From NCBI GenBank assembly GCA_963815185.1, contig CAWFGC010000011.1:443618-507617 (forward strand): DNA of 64,000 nt, written 5' to 3'. The notes beneath the pieces were generated by a model. The model ran no database searches. It saw nothing but the letters and a program-made list of their open reading frames with translations, and had not been told where the DNA came from. Positions 1-8,754 of this stretch are shown here, one piece after another; position 1 is the stretch's first letter; each line of letters opens with the position of its first letter. The position numbers and the translations under genes are program-made. Source of the stretch: an uncultured Gammaproteobacteria bacterium. Lineage in GTDB: Bacteria > Pseudomonadota > Gammaproteobacteria > Xanthomonadales > SZUA-36.

Positions 1-296
1 ACTTGCGCTTTTCATTGCTGATCCTGTCGCCGGAGGCCGTGGGTGCGGTGAATGCGGCGATGGCCAACGAGTTGCAGCGATCCATCAACATCTTCCTCGG
101 TTGCGTGACCGCCAGCATCGGCCTGACTGTACCCGCGGTACTACGTGTCAGCGTGCTGACCGGCGAGCCTTTGCTACTTGGCCTCAACCGCAAACAGTCC
201 TTGATGCTGTTCGTCACGCTTGCCCTGTCGCTGGTCACATACGGCAGCGGTCGCACCAATATCCTGTTGGGGGCGGTGCACCTGGTGCTCACGTAA
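1..296 (+). CDS. cation/H+ antiporter (CaCA, ChaA-like), C-terminal part; the gene starts left of the window
   Basis: ORF 3..296 reads ELQRSINIFLG..TASIGLTVPAV...GRTNILLGAVHLVL with hydrophobic TM segments typical of Ca2+/H+ exchangers. The ORF stops right after GAVHLVL. Confidence 0.6.
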   Translation, partial: LRFSLLILSPEAVGAVNAAMANELQRSINIFLGCVTASIGLTVPAVLRVSVLTGEPLLLGLNRKQSLMLFVTLALSLVTYGSGRTNILLGAVHLVLT

Positions 297-312
297 TCTT
301 CCATTCCTGGCT

Positions 313-393
313 GAGCTCTCGGACCTGATCGAGGGTCGAAAGCAAGTGCGGCTCTACAGCCTGCAAGAGTACGACGCGCTGAAATCAAATTAG
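313..393 (+). pseudogene. C-terminal fragment of island family B protein
   Basis: Translates to ELSDLIEGRKQVRLYSLQEYDALKSN*. The intact paralogs end VKCGYSQTDYDALKTN* (4846..5274) and VTCGYSKQEYTELKAQ* (2601..3035). There is no start codon or signal peptide. Confidence 0.4.
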
Positions 394-454
394 GAGAAGC
401 AGGCTACTGAATCGCAGCGGAGAACCGCACACGGTTTGTCGATTTATCGAGCGA

Positions 455-546
455 TGATAGTGCCACGCAAATGCCTGGATTACTTGACGCCCTATGAGGT
501 GTTCAAAGACACTCGGGAAACACTAACCGTTGCACTTCGTAGTTGA
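455..546 (+). mobile_element. IS30-family transposase, C-terminal remnant
   Basis: VPRKCLDYLTPYEVFKD...ALRS* resembles the conserved RPRKxLGYxTPxEVF tail of IS30 transposases. No upstream DDE domain is present. Confidence 0.45.
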
Positions 547-758
547 ATCTAAGCCCCGTTCCCTGCCCATGCGCTTTCACTATTTTGGTGCCACCCGCAT
601 CCGAATTGTAGACCTTGTGCGGGACCGTTTCCGGGCCGTCTTTTCCGTTTTAGGTCAGTATTTCAATTTTAAAGCCAGTTTTATTTGTCCCCGTCACCTT
701 GACGTTGCGTGTTCCGTCTGCAATTTCCATCAGTTCATATCCGCGGCTGTGGGCAACC

Positions 759-1100
759 TCACCAGACCCAGGTCATGTCTCCCGTGCCGCATGCCACGCC
801 ACAGTTATAGGCGAGGTAATAGAAAGTGTTTTCTGACGTGTTGTCGACATCGACCAGTATTTTGCAATTCTTGTCTTCTTGCAGGATTTTCTTTATATCG
901 TTGCAGGGAATTTTCACATTTCCGTTTTTGCCGGTCGTTGTATAGATCTTTATGTGGTCAAAACCGTCTTTTTTATCGAGGTTAATGGTCTTGCTCTGCC
1001 CGGCAAGGATCTCCAGGGTGTTGCTCCCTGCTCGTGTACCATCAGACTTCTGCGCCAGGGAGTTCAGCTTTTTGCAGAAGGATTTGGGTCGGCCCTTTGG
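759..1100 (-). pseudogene. truncated paralog of island family A secreted protein
   Basis: The minus-strand frame is open from an in-frame TGA (1101-1103) to the stop at 759-761. It reads ...DGTRAGSNTLEILAGQSKTINLDKKDGFDHIKIYTTTGKNGNVKIPCNDIKKILQEDKNCKILVDVDNTSENTFYYLAYNCGVACGTGDMTWVW*, roughly 60% identical to 3817..4335. The N-terminal part and signal peptide are disrupted by stops. Confidence 0.65.
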
Positions 1101-1303
1101 TCAATATCGCTTAGTGCTGGTCAATTACCCTGGGTATTCGTTGTCACAAGATTTTATGTTTCTACGCTTAATGGATTACAAGCGGGAATCGGCCAAGCGC
1201 AGTTTTGCTGGCACCAGCTTGATTCATAATAGATAAAGTTCAATATTAACAGACACATGAGATTTCTTTGGTAATACAGAAATGATTCAGGAGAACTGCC
1301 GAC

Positions 1304-1774
1304 ATGAGCACAAAAAACACATTATTGCCCAGCGTATTGCTGTGTCTTACCATGGTCAGTACCTGCAACGCATCCGGTAAACTGGATTTTTGCGAGGCGG
1401 GTTCCGATTGTAACGATGGGGGAGTGGTAAACCTTGCATCGGTGGTGGTTACCAAGGTGAAGGTTACGCAGTTAGCGGGTGCGAACAATTGTCCGGAAGT
1501 AGAAAAAACGCACTCTGAGAACCTGATTTCCCATACCGCAAGCTCACTGTTCACCATGGAAACCGCTGATCCCAAAACCTACTTCACTCTGAAACTCCTG
1601 AAAGCCTGTCCGTACCACATCAAGTTCAGCACCACTGCGGGCTGCATAGGTGATAAAGACGCAAAGATTTCATTGGATAATCAGAACAATAAAGAGCCCA
1701 GAACCTGGGCGTTATTGAAAGGTGCCTGTGGAACTCTGAAAGCCAACACTGCTTACGTAGAGTCCATTGAGTGA
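1304..1774 (+). CDS. small secreted or lipoprotein-like Cys-rich hypothetical protein
   Basis: AGGAGA Shine-Dalgarno lies upstream of the ATG. The hydrophobic N-terminus LLPSVLLCLTMVSTC looks like a lipobox. Six further Cys are present and I recognise no enzyme motif. Confidence 0.7.
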   Translation: MSTKNTLLPSVLLCLTMVSTCNASGKLDFCEAGSDCNDGGVVNLASVVVTKVKVTQLAGANNCPEVEKTHSENLISHTASSLFTMETADPKTYFTLKLLKACPYHIKFSTTAGCIGDKDAKISLDNQNNKEPRTWALLKGACGTLKANTAYVESIE

Positions 1775-1890
1775 CGCCCTGAAACCATCATTCTATCACT
1801 CAACATTCAGTGGATTTCAGCTGTTAACCCGCATTCACACGGACGCCGACAACCACGATGATTGTCAATTAATTCTTCAGCAGGTTGTGT

Positions 1891-2460
1891 TCAGTCGCCT
1901 GTGTAGCACATGTCATCCATGTTGCCGTCAGCCTTGCAGCGATTATCATTGAGCGTGGTACCCGATGACTTGAATTTCATGGTTTTGTTGACATCTTTCT
2001 TGTAGACCAGTTTGTGGCCATCCTTGTGACAGGACTTTTTATTTCCCGACTCAATGGGTATGGAAATCCACACTTCATCTCCATCCTTCAAGGGTGGGTA
2101 GGAAACCCCGAGCACGCTGCCTTCACCACTTTTTCCGTTGAAATGGTTCAAGTCCACAGACAGACTTTGGCCCGTGTCAATTTCCTTGTTCAGAGCGGGA
2201 TAATATGACCAGCCGAAATCGTACTCATTGCCATTGGGCTTCACGTACATCAGGGTGAGACCAGCAACCGCATAGCCCCCATGGTTGGAGTACTTGATTT
2301 TGTCTACGTAGCAAATCTTTGCATCGCCCTCGTGTGTATGAGCATAGCTTGAAGGCGCCAGAAATGCCGCGAGCATGGTCACAACGAATGTGTTGAACCG
2401 CAGAGTGTGCAGCTTGTGCGGGCGTGGGTATTGCTGACTATCCTTTAACAATGTGCGCAT
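1891..2460 (-). CDS. small secreted hypothetical protein (partner Y1 of family B module)
   Basis: GAGGAG SD lies upstream of the ATG at 2460. Signal peptide is FVVTMLAAFLAPSSYA. The mature part has four Cys. The C-terminal motif KSSGTTLNDN is shared with 5593..6195. Confidence 0.75.
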   Translation of the reverse strand: MRTLLKDSQQYPRPHKLHTLRFNTFVVTMLAAFLAPSSYAHTHEGDAKICYVDKIKYSNHGGYAVAGLTLMYVKPNGNEYDFGWSYYPALNKEIDTGQSLSVDLNHFNGKSGEGSVLGVSYPPLKDGDEVWISIPIESGNKKSCHKDGHKLVYKKDVNKTMKFKSSGTTLNDNRCKADGNMDDMCYTGD

Positions 2461-2600
2461 GATTTACTCCTCAATGCATAGACGGACCCAAATACCCCTA
2501 ACTATTTGCAATAGCACACTAGCGTGAATATTTGTGCCAGTCATCAATTTTTTTCGTCGCTCAGTCCTCGTAATCAGATTCCGATTAACAGCCGCCAGGC

Positions 2601-3035
2601 TCACTGTGCTTTCAGTTCGGTGTACTCCTGCTTGCTGTAACCGCATGTCACACCGAAGCTTCCATCGCTTTTGATGCGTGCCGCGCAGCGCGATTTGTTG
2701 CCTCCGTTATCAGTATTTGCGTTGGCTCGTTCATTCGAGTTATTGATGCAAGTGAATGCCTGCACATCCCGGTTCGTTGTCCCCCACTTGAAGGTATAAC
2801 CTTCTCCTTCGCCTGGCGCTAAAGTCTTTTTCTGACAAACGGTTTCGATGGCCGCCCTGGCGGAATTCTGACAGCCCAATTCGACGGTTTTTTTAATACC
2901 AGCACAACCGGCAGCCTTCCAGATCACATCGACGTTTTGATCAGTCGAATTATAGACATAGGAATTGGCCAATAATGTCAGCGGAAACAGACTTGCCAAC
3001 GCGCCTGGCACAAGTCGATTGAGGAAAAAATTCAT
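2601..3035 (-). CDS. island family B secreted Cys-rich protein (B1)
   Basis: AAGGAG SD and a signal peptide are present. It is paralogous to 4846..5274, sharing W.AAGCAG.K, VC.K..LA.GE..Y, RCA and CGYS...Y..LK. The mature part has six Cys. Confidence 0.8.
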   Translation of the reverse strand: MNFFLNRLVPGALASLFPLTLLANSYVYNSTDQNVDVIWKAAGCAGIKKTVELGCQNSARAAIETVCQKKTLAPGEGEGYTFKWGTTNRDVQAFTCINNSNERANANTDNGGNKSRCAARIKSDGSFGVTCGYSKQEYTELKAQ

Positions 3036-3816
3036 GAGTTAGTCTCCTTGAAATTTTACGATGCAACACAAACGGGACCTGAATCGAAATCTGGCACATT
3101 GAAAACCGGCCTGTCATCCACGTAGATCAACCATTCACCGCGTGAACGCGGGAGCACTGCTTCGGTTCCGCGCAAATTTGCTGCCAATGAATCTGTAAGC
3201 GCAAAGAGCGTAAAGTTTCTGCCATGCTAATTGGCGAGAGGTGCTATCAAAACTGCCGGTTCATCTGCGCAATTCGCTTGGCATCGCTGAATCTGAAGCG
3301 TAGTCCATCGAGGCAGAGCCGAACCTGATCTAAAACGCCAGCAGAACAGAAGCTGTAATCTGGCTCCCGGAAGGGTGTTCAGGCCTTTTTCGGTGGGATC
3401 CACTGCTACATGACGCCGGTCCGTGACACAAATTCCCCGTTTTCCCCGCTTTGAGGCATATAGCTTCTGCGACACCTGAAGCTTAATGCCGAAGTTCACT
3501 TCGGGGAGGAACAAAGAATGAACTCGTACAGAATTGGCCAAACCGGCTTCGTGCAATCAACTCTTAATATCGTAATGGTGATGCTTGCATTTGCCAGTAC
3601 AGTGATCACCTGCGTTACAAGACGAAATTTGCGCTGACTGATGCGCAGTGAAGACCAATGCTTTTCCGCCAGGAGGCTGGCACCGATTTCAACATTTAGC
3701 CAGGAGACAACTCAGCAACATGCCGGGGATAAGCGGTACTTCGCGTTTCTTGCGCTTGGTACGCATTTGAACCATCATTCTTGGCCCAGACAGTGTATTC
3801 AACGGAGGATGAATTC

Positions 3817-4335
3817 ATGCCTGCACAACTCAGAATTTTGCTCACTCCTTTTACCTTGGTCGCCTTGCTTGCAACCGCCCCCGCTGTGGCTGTTGGCGCT
3901 TGCGATATTTCAGACCTGCCCTGTTGGGGGGATGACACGAAATGCAACATAAAAATCATCAACAACACGGGCAAATCATCAGGATCAGGCGGTACGCATT
4001 TCAACCAAACCTCCTGGGCCGTCACGATCAAGGCTAAGGCACTCATGCCGAACGGTACCCGTGCCGGCAGTAATACCCTTGAAATTCTTGCCGGCCAGAG
4101 CAAGACCCTCAACCTGGACAAGAAGGATGGTTTTGACCGTCTCGAGATTTTCACCAGTACCGGAAAAGGCGGCAACGTGACAATTCAGTGCGATGACATC
4201 CGAGAGATTCTGGAAAACGACAAGAACTGCAAAGTCCTGGTTGACCGAAGTGAGAAACATGGCGATACCTACTATTACTTCGCTTACAACTGTGGTGTGG
4301 CATGGGGCGAAGGGGACATTGTCTGGGTTTGGTAG
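3817..4335 (+). CDS. island family A secreted Cys-rich protein (A1)
   Basis: GGAGGA SD lies upstream of the ATG at 3817. Signal peptide is LLTPFTLVALLATAPAVAVGA. Conserved blocks with 6556..7083 are ACDI[ST]DLPCWGD.TKCNIK, RAGSN.L.ILAGQSKT.NLDKK.GFDR and YYY.AYNCGVA. Confidence 0.85.
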   Translation: MPAQLRILLTPFTLVALLATAPAVAVGACDISDLPCWGDDTKCNIKIINNTGKSSGSGGTHFNQTSWAVTIKAKALMPNGTRAGSNTLEILAGQSKTLNLDKKDGFDRLEIFTSTGKGGNVTIQCDDIREILENDKNCKVLVDRSEKHGDTYYYFAYNCGVAWGEGDIVWVW

Positions 4336-4845
4336 AAAAAGTACTCCGGTTATCCCAGTCCATGGCTTCCAACTCAGCTTTCCTTTCATCGCTGAAGAGC
4401 CGTTCGAATTGCTGATGATGCTGGGTGGGATGGGTTCGACAACCGAACTCAGGACCATTGCGGGGAAATTCATTGCCGCAAGCTATGCCCTATAAAGCGG
4501 AGATGTGTTCCTGGCAACCGTTGCTGCTCCCGCACCAAACTGAGGTCTGGCGTAAGACCTGGAATTCCGACAGTCAACTAGAGCACGCCCAATTTGTTCA
4601 GAACTGACATGTTGAATCCCCCTTCGAAAGAAATAATGCACCAGCAAATTACCACCGACGCCGAGGTGCAATTTTTCCCCATAGAAGCACACGAAACAGC
4701 CCGGGAATGGGTGCTCGGCTCACTCCAGTCTGCGCAGCGAAGCTCCACTCTTCCGCCCTGAACGTGGCACAAATCTCGCCGGGTTTTCGCTTGAAATATA
4801 TATGACATGAAACTCTTATTGATCGAGTAACCCGAGGACCCAACC

Positions 4846-5274
4846 ATGAGACTTTCCACCCTCTTGATCGCAACATCACTGTCGGTATCGATGGCACCCG
4901 TCATTGCGCTCGCCGATTCACACGTTCTGAATACGTCCAAGAAGGATGCCTGGGTGTACTGGCAGGCCGCAGGTTGCGCCGGAGTGAAGTCCTTGCCATC
5001 GTGCGCGGTGGGCAACAACGCCTTAACGGTGTGCAAGAAGAGCAAGCTCGCGAGCGGTGAAAGTGACCAATATCACTACAAGGACGGAACCTCTAACCGC
5101 ACGGTACTCGTCTATACGTGCTACAACAATGGCAAGAACGAGGAATTCAACTACGCGCAGACGGGCAACAAGGGCGACAAGAAGCGATGTGCGGTTCTGA
5201 ACGAAGGCGCCACGCCGATGAAGGTCAAGTGCGGGTATAGCCAAACCGACTATGATGCTCTGAAAACGAACTAG
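4846..5274 (+). CDS. island family B secreted Cys-rich protein (B2)
   Basis: GAGGA SD is present. Signal peptide is LLIATSLSVSMAPVIALA. It is a paralog of 2601..3035. Confidence 0.85.
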   Translation: MRLSTLLIATSLSVSMAPVIALADSHVLNTSKKDAWVYWQAAGCAGVKSLPSCAVGNNALTVCKKSKLASGESDQYHYKDGTSNRTVLVYTCYNNGKNEEFNYAQTGNKGDKKRCAVLNEGATPMKVKCGYSQTDYDALKTN

Positions 5275-5592
5275 ACGAATGAGAAACTGGGCTTCGACCC
5301 AGATTGCAAAGTTCTTGGACGAATTCGTTAGGCCAACGAAGTCGCTGTAAAACATGGTGGTGCTCGGAAGGCTGTCGATTTTGCATCCATCGTTGTTTGG
5401 CATCGTGCCCGACGTCTCGCATTTACGGTGCCACCGGACGACGCTTAGACGATCTTCGGGTCGCCAATGAAAGCCCGGAAAGCCGAATATTGGCAATCGC
5501 GTGACACAAACCCCTTGTACTTCGCGCTGTAGGTGATAAGCCGGGAGATCCAACTCGTCGAACAACTCAGCCTTAAAAGGAGGTACGGAACA

Positions 5593-6195
5593 ATGGTCAG
5601 GACTACAGCAATTCACGGCTTGGCGCGCACACTGGTAGTTACAGGCACTGTCACGGTGCTTTTGGCCGGCTTGGTGGCACCCGCTGAAGCGGCAACCAGG
5701 CGGTTCAAGAAGACGGACAGCTACTGCAAGCAAACCGATTCAAACGGTAATCCAAATCCCTGTGCCGCGCTTGTCTACGGCAATGGTGGCGCCTACCAGG
5801 TTAAGTCCACCACGGTCGAGGTGCGGGATAACCCCTACGACACCAATCCGGCGTGCAACGGCGTCAATATGTACAGCAACAACAGCCTGAATACTGGCGA
5901 CTACGGCGTCTTCGTCGTGCCAGCTCCATGCCGTTACAAGCTCACCATCGACATCAACGGCGGCGACAACAAGGGTAACCACGTCTATATCACGCCGGGG
6001 TGCCAGCTCGTTCTTGAATCGAAGGGCACGTCGCTTAACGACAACAAGCCCAAGAAGAAATCAATTGAGTGGACCGACACAGCGAAATCCTCGCTCGGCA
6101 AAAAGGGTATCTCGGTCAGCAACGACGACGTGAGCGACGTCTATTGGCACCAGGCCCAGGGACAGAACGCTAAGCACGCCTGCAAAATGGACTAA
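5593..6195 (+). CDS. small secreted hypothetical protein (partner Y2 of family B module)
   Basis: AAGGAGG SD lies upstream of the ATG at 5593. Signal peptide is LVVTGTVTVLLAGLVAPAEA. The mature part has six Cys. The motif SKGTSLNDN is shared with 1891..2460. Confidence 0.75.
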   Translation: MVRTTAIHGLARTLVVTGTVTVLLAGLVAPAEAATRRFKKTDSYCKQTDSNGNPNPCAALVYGNGGAYQVKSTTVEVRDNPYDTNPACNGVNMYSNNSLNTGDYGVFVVPAPCRYKLTIDINGGDNKGNHVYITPGCQLVLESKGTSLNDNKPKKKSIEWTDTAKSSLGKKGISVSNDDVSDVYWHQAQGQNAKHACKMD

Positions 6196-6249
6196 AGCCA
6201 AATTGGGACAGGCATTGAGAATGCGGCGGATTTCCGCCGCAATCGGCAA

Positions 6250-6486
6250 TGCATGAGATTCACGAAATTCGCGCGAATTCGACTCTCTTGTGCTGTCTCG
6301 AGCCGCCAACCTGCTCCGATCACGGCATTGAGCCTTGATGTATTTTCCGGAAATGCGATAGTTGTGACACGTCTGCGCGCTGCTGTTGCGGGGGCGGCTG
6401 GTACTGGGCCACTCAAGCACTGTCCCGCCGCATTCATTGCCGGAAGAAAGCTCACCGTCCTGACTTGCCCCATGCCACACCACAAT
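6250..6486 (-). pseudogene. fragment of the CVNH-like family C protein
   Basis: Part of ORF 6061..6528 reads SQDGELSSGNECGGTVLEWPSTSRPRNSSAQTCHNYRISGKYIKAQCRDRS. This matches SNQDGNLSSSHECGGAVLEWSKKKSSSNSSPDTCENYRIDGKYIKAQCRNRD in 8755..9348. It has no signal peptide or first half-domain. Confidence 0.55.
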
Positions 6487-6555
6487 TTTAGACCACCCGT
6501 AAAACTGATTTTCACCCACATCGCCCAACCTGGGCAGAACTGCAGCTAATGTATC

Positions 6556-7083
6556 CTAGAATGACCAGAAAGAAGCGTCTGCCCGATCACTGGCCACGCC
6601 ACAGTTGTAGGCCAGATAATAGTATGTGTTTTCTATTACTCTGGAGACTGCGAATATCTTGCATTGTTTGTCAGCTGCCAGTATCGCCCGGATGTCATTG
6701 CAAGGGATATACAAGTTTCCCTTGCCTGCAGTTGTCGTAAATACCTTGATTCGATCAAAGCCGTGCTTCTTGTCAAGGTTGATTGTCTTGCTTTGACCGG
6801 CAAGGATGGTCAGGGAGTTGCTGCCGGCGCGGTTACCGTCGGGTTTTACCGCCAGGACCTTGATGGTCGCCACCCAGGACGTTTGGTTATAGTTGGGCCC
6901 GCCCGAGCCCGAGCTCTCGCCCGTGTTGTTCTTGAACTTGATGTTGCATTTCGTGTTGTCCCCCCAGCAGGGCAGGTCGGTAATATCGCACGCACCGGCC
7001 TCATCGCCTGCCTGAGCGTGTGCGCTGGCGAGCATAAAGATAACGGGAATAACGGCAAGCAACGTTTTGAGTTTGGCAATCAT
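6556..7083 (-). CDS. island family A secreted Cys-rich protein (A2)
   Basis: GGAGA SD lies upstream of the ATG at 7083. Signal peptide is MIAKLKTLLAVIPVIFMLASAHA. It is a paralog of 3817..4335. Confidence 0.85.
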   Translation of the reverse strand: MIAKLKTLLAVIPVIFMLASAHAQAGDEAGACDITDLPCWGDNTKCNIKFKNNTGESSGSGGPNYNQTSWVATIKVLAVKPDGNRAGSNSLTILAGQSKTINLDKKHGFDRIKVFTTTAGKGNLYIPCNDIRAILAADKQCKIFAVSRVIENTYYYLAYNCGVASDRADASFWSF

Positions 7084-7256
7084 GGGCACGGTCTCCGCTC
7101 TCAGGCTATTGGAAGTAGTCCATGATAACAACAAGCGCACTGAAGCAGTGCTTTGTGCCAAACAGCGCCCCAGAACGCATGCTGAATACCGATCCGTCCG
7201 TCAGGAATGGGGGTCGCTGAGGGGCAGGAATGTACTAATGCCGCGGACCTCAAGGT

Positions 7257-7350
7257 TCAAAGGGGTCAGAACAACTTGATCTGCCCCGTCGATTGGAATT
7301 TCAAGTTGTTCTGACCCTTTTGGTTCCTTTGGTTTGACCCCTTTGGTTTT
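7257..7350. repeat. palindromic REP/MITE-like element, copy 1
   Basis: Sequence is TCAAAGGGGTCAGAACAACTTGA - 21-nt loop - TCAAGTTGTTCTGACCCTTTTGG, followed by extra GACCCCTTTGG half-sites. It is nearly identical to the copies at 8492 and 9858. Confidence 0.85.
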
Positions 7351-7403
7351 GTGCCAAATCAAATCGTGAATGGAATTGAGCGCAACGATCATGCTCATAC
7401 TGT

Positions 7404-7889
7404 TTATTGCAAGTCGGTCACAGTAAGCGTTGTGGTATATCGCAATTTGTCTTTGTTATAACTCTTCTCGCAGGTGATATTCAGCTCCCGGTTGTCCGGA
7501 CATACTTCGGTCTCACCCTCGGCCAGCAACCACTCCATGTAGTTTTCACCTTTCTTTATGGTGTACTTGCAGGCCGATGACCATTTGCCCGGATCGGGAT
7601 AAATTTGCACGGTGAAGTCTCCCTGTCCTTTGGTCCAGGTGAACTTGGCGAGCTTGGAAAATTCTTCTCCCGGCTTGATGAATTGACTGTCTTTTTTTGA
7701 ATCACCACGCAACAGCACGACATTGAGTGTGCTGGCACGGGTCTCATTCTTAACCCGGGTCCTCGCTTCACCGTTGGCGAAGGCGGCTGCTTTTCGGGAA
7801 GTTTTCTCGCAGGAGCCAGCCCAGGTCAGGCCGGGGATTGAGAACAGGAGGACCAGTAACAGAATTGATTTTGAGCGCTTCAAGGACAT
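7404..7889 (-). CDS. small secreted hypothetical protein
   Basis: GAGGTG SD lies upstream of the ATG at 7889. Signal peptide is SILLLVLLFSIPGLTWA. The mature part has four Cys. Confidence 0.75.
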   Translation of the reverse strand: MSLKRSKSILLLVLLFSIPGLTWAGSCEKTSRKAAAFANGEARTRVKNETRASTLNVVLLRGDSKKDSQFIKPGEEFSKLAKFTWTKGQGDFTVQIYPDPGKWSSACKYTIKKGENYMEWLLAEGETEVCPDNRELNITCEKSYNKDKLRYTTTLTVTDLQ

Positions 7890-8087
7890 GGCTGACACCT
7901 CGTTTTCATCCAATGAGTACAGCGTATTTCAGCGTCAGGTTATGACAGGAAATGTGAAAAAAGAAAGCGGCCCGAAAATCACCTTCGACATGTGTCAAGC
8001 CTGATTTTTACACCCACCTGGCAGGTTTCTGCCATGGAATTCGCTAGTGAGAGGGAAAGCGTCATGCACACAAGAGGAGGATTCATC

Positions 8088-8474
8088 ATGTTTCGGTCAA
8101 AGACACCCGTTGTTACCGGACTGTTTGCTCTGGCGCTGGCAGCAATGCTCTCCACCCCCGTATTCGCCAACAGCCGGTTCACGGTGAAGAATAACAGTGA
8201 CGCCAGAGTGAGCCTCACCATCTTCAATGGCGGCGACAAAATCTGTTTTACGGGTAAGCAAAAGCAGTTATCTCCGGGCGAAGAAGGCAGCTATGGCTGC
8301 GATGGCAACGGCAAACAACGCTGCAAGGTTGGGTTTGAGGCCCGTTACAGCGGCGGCCAGGTGAATAATACGCTGTGCAAGGATATTGGTAGTGGCTGTG
8401 GTGTCCATATCCCGAACGGTGGTGAAGTTGTAATCAACAGTGATCAGACCTGTACCCGGACCAGCCCGGAGTAG
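8088..8474 (+). CDS. small secreted Cys-rich hypothetical protein
   Basis: GAGGAGG SD lies upstream of the ATG at 8088. Signal peptide is VVTGLFALALAAMLSTPVFA. The mature part has six Cys. Confidence 0.75.
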   Translation: MFRSKTPVVTGLFALALAAMLSTPVFANSRFTVKNNSDARVSLTIFNGGDKICFTGKQKQLSPGEEGSYGCDGNGKQRCKVGFEARYSGGQVNNTLCKDIGSGCGVHIPNGGEVVINSDQTCTRTSPE

Positions 8475-8491
8475 GGGCAAGAGATTCGCGG

Positions 8492-8574
8492 GTCAAAGGG
8501 GTCTGAACAACTTGATCTGCCCCATCGATTGGAATTTCAAGTTGTTCTGACCCCTTTGGTTTTCCTTTGGTTTT
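8492..8574. repeat. palindromic REP/MITE-like element, copy 2
   Basis: Same palindrome as at 7257, with one arm mismatch (GTCTGAAC). Confidence 0.85.
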
Positions 8575-8754
8575 AAGCCCTTAATCGGCCGTAGTACTCA
8601 ACAGCGCAATTTCTCCGGAGTTCCCGCAACGTATCGCTTGTATTTGTCGCGGGAGCGCGTTCTTCAATGGCAGAATTTTCGCTCGGGTTGCGCTTAATGA
8701 ATCAGGTGCCAGAGTCGATACCGGTCCATTCAACAGAATCGGAATGCAATCAGA

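Noticed and set aside
297-560. I searched the left island boundary for a direct repeat of the tRNA-Leu 3' end (TGGTGCCGGAGGTCGGACTCGAACC), which would be an att site.
   Set aside because: No convincing partial copy was found by eye. The island boundaries therefore rest on composition and gene content only.
3227-3556. ORF with FGIKLQVS..KLYASKRGKRG...LLFCWRFRSGSALPRW, possibly a decayed IS5/IS427-type transposase C-terminus.
   Set aside because: The spacing and residues match the DDE/RYDK tail pattern only loosely. This is too weak to call without an ISfinder search.
4385-4495. The plus-strand peptide FELLMMLGGMGSTTELRTIAGKFI resembles the LLLLTG.R..EL box of tyrosine recombinases, which would fit a tRNA-associated island.
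   Set aside because: It is a single short, degenerate match with no further integrase boxes (R..HxxR..Y) in any frame nearby.
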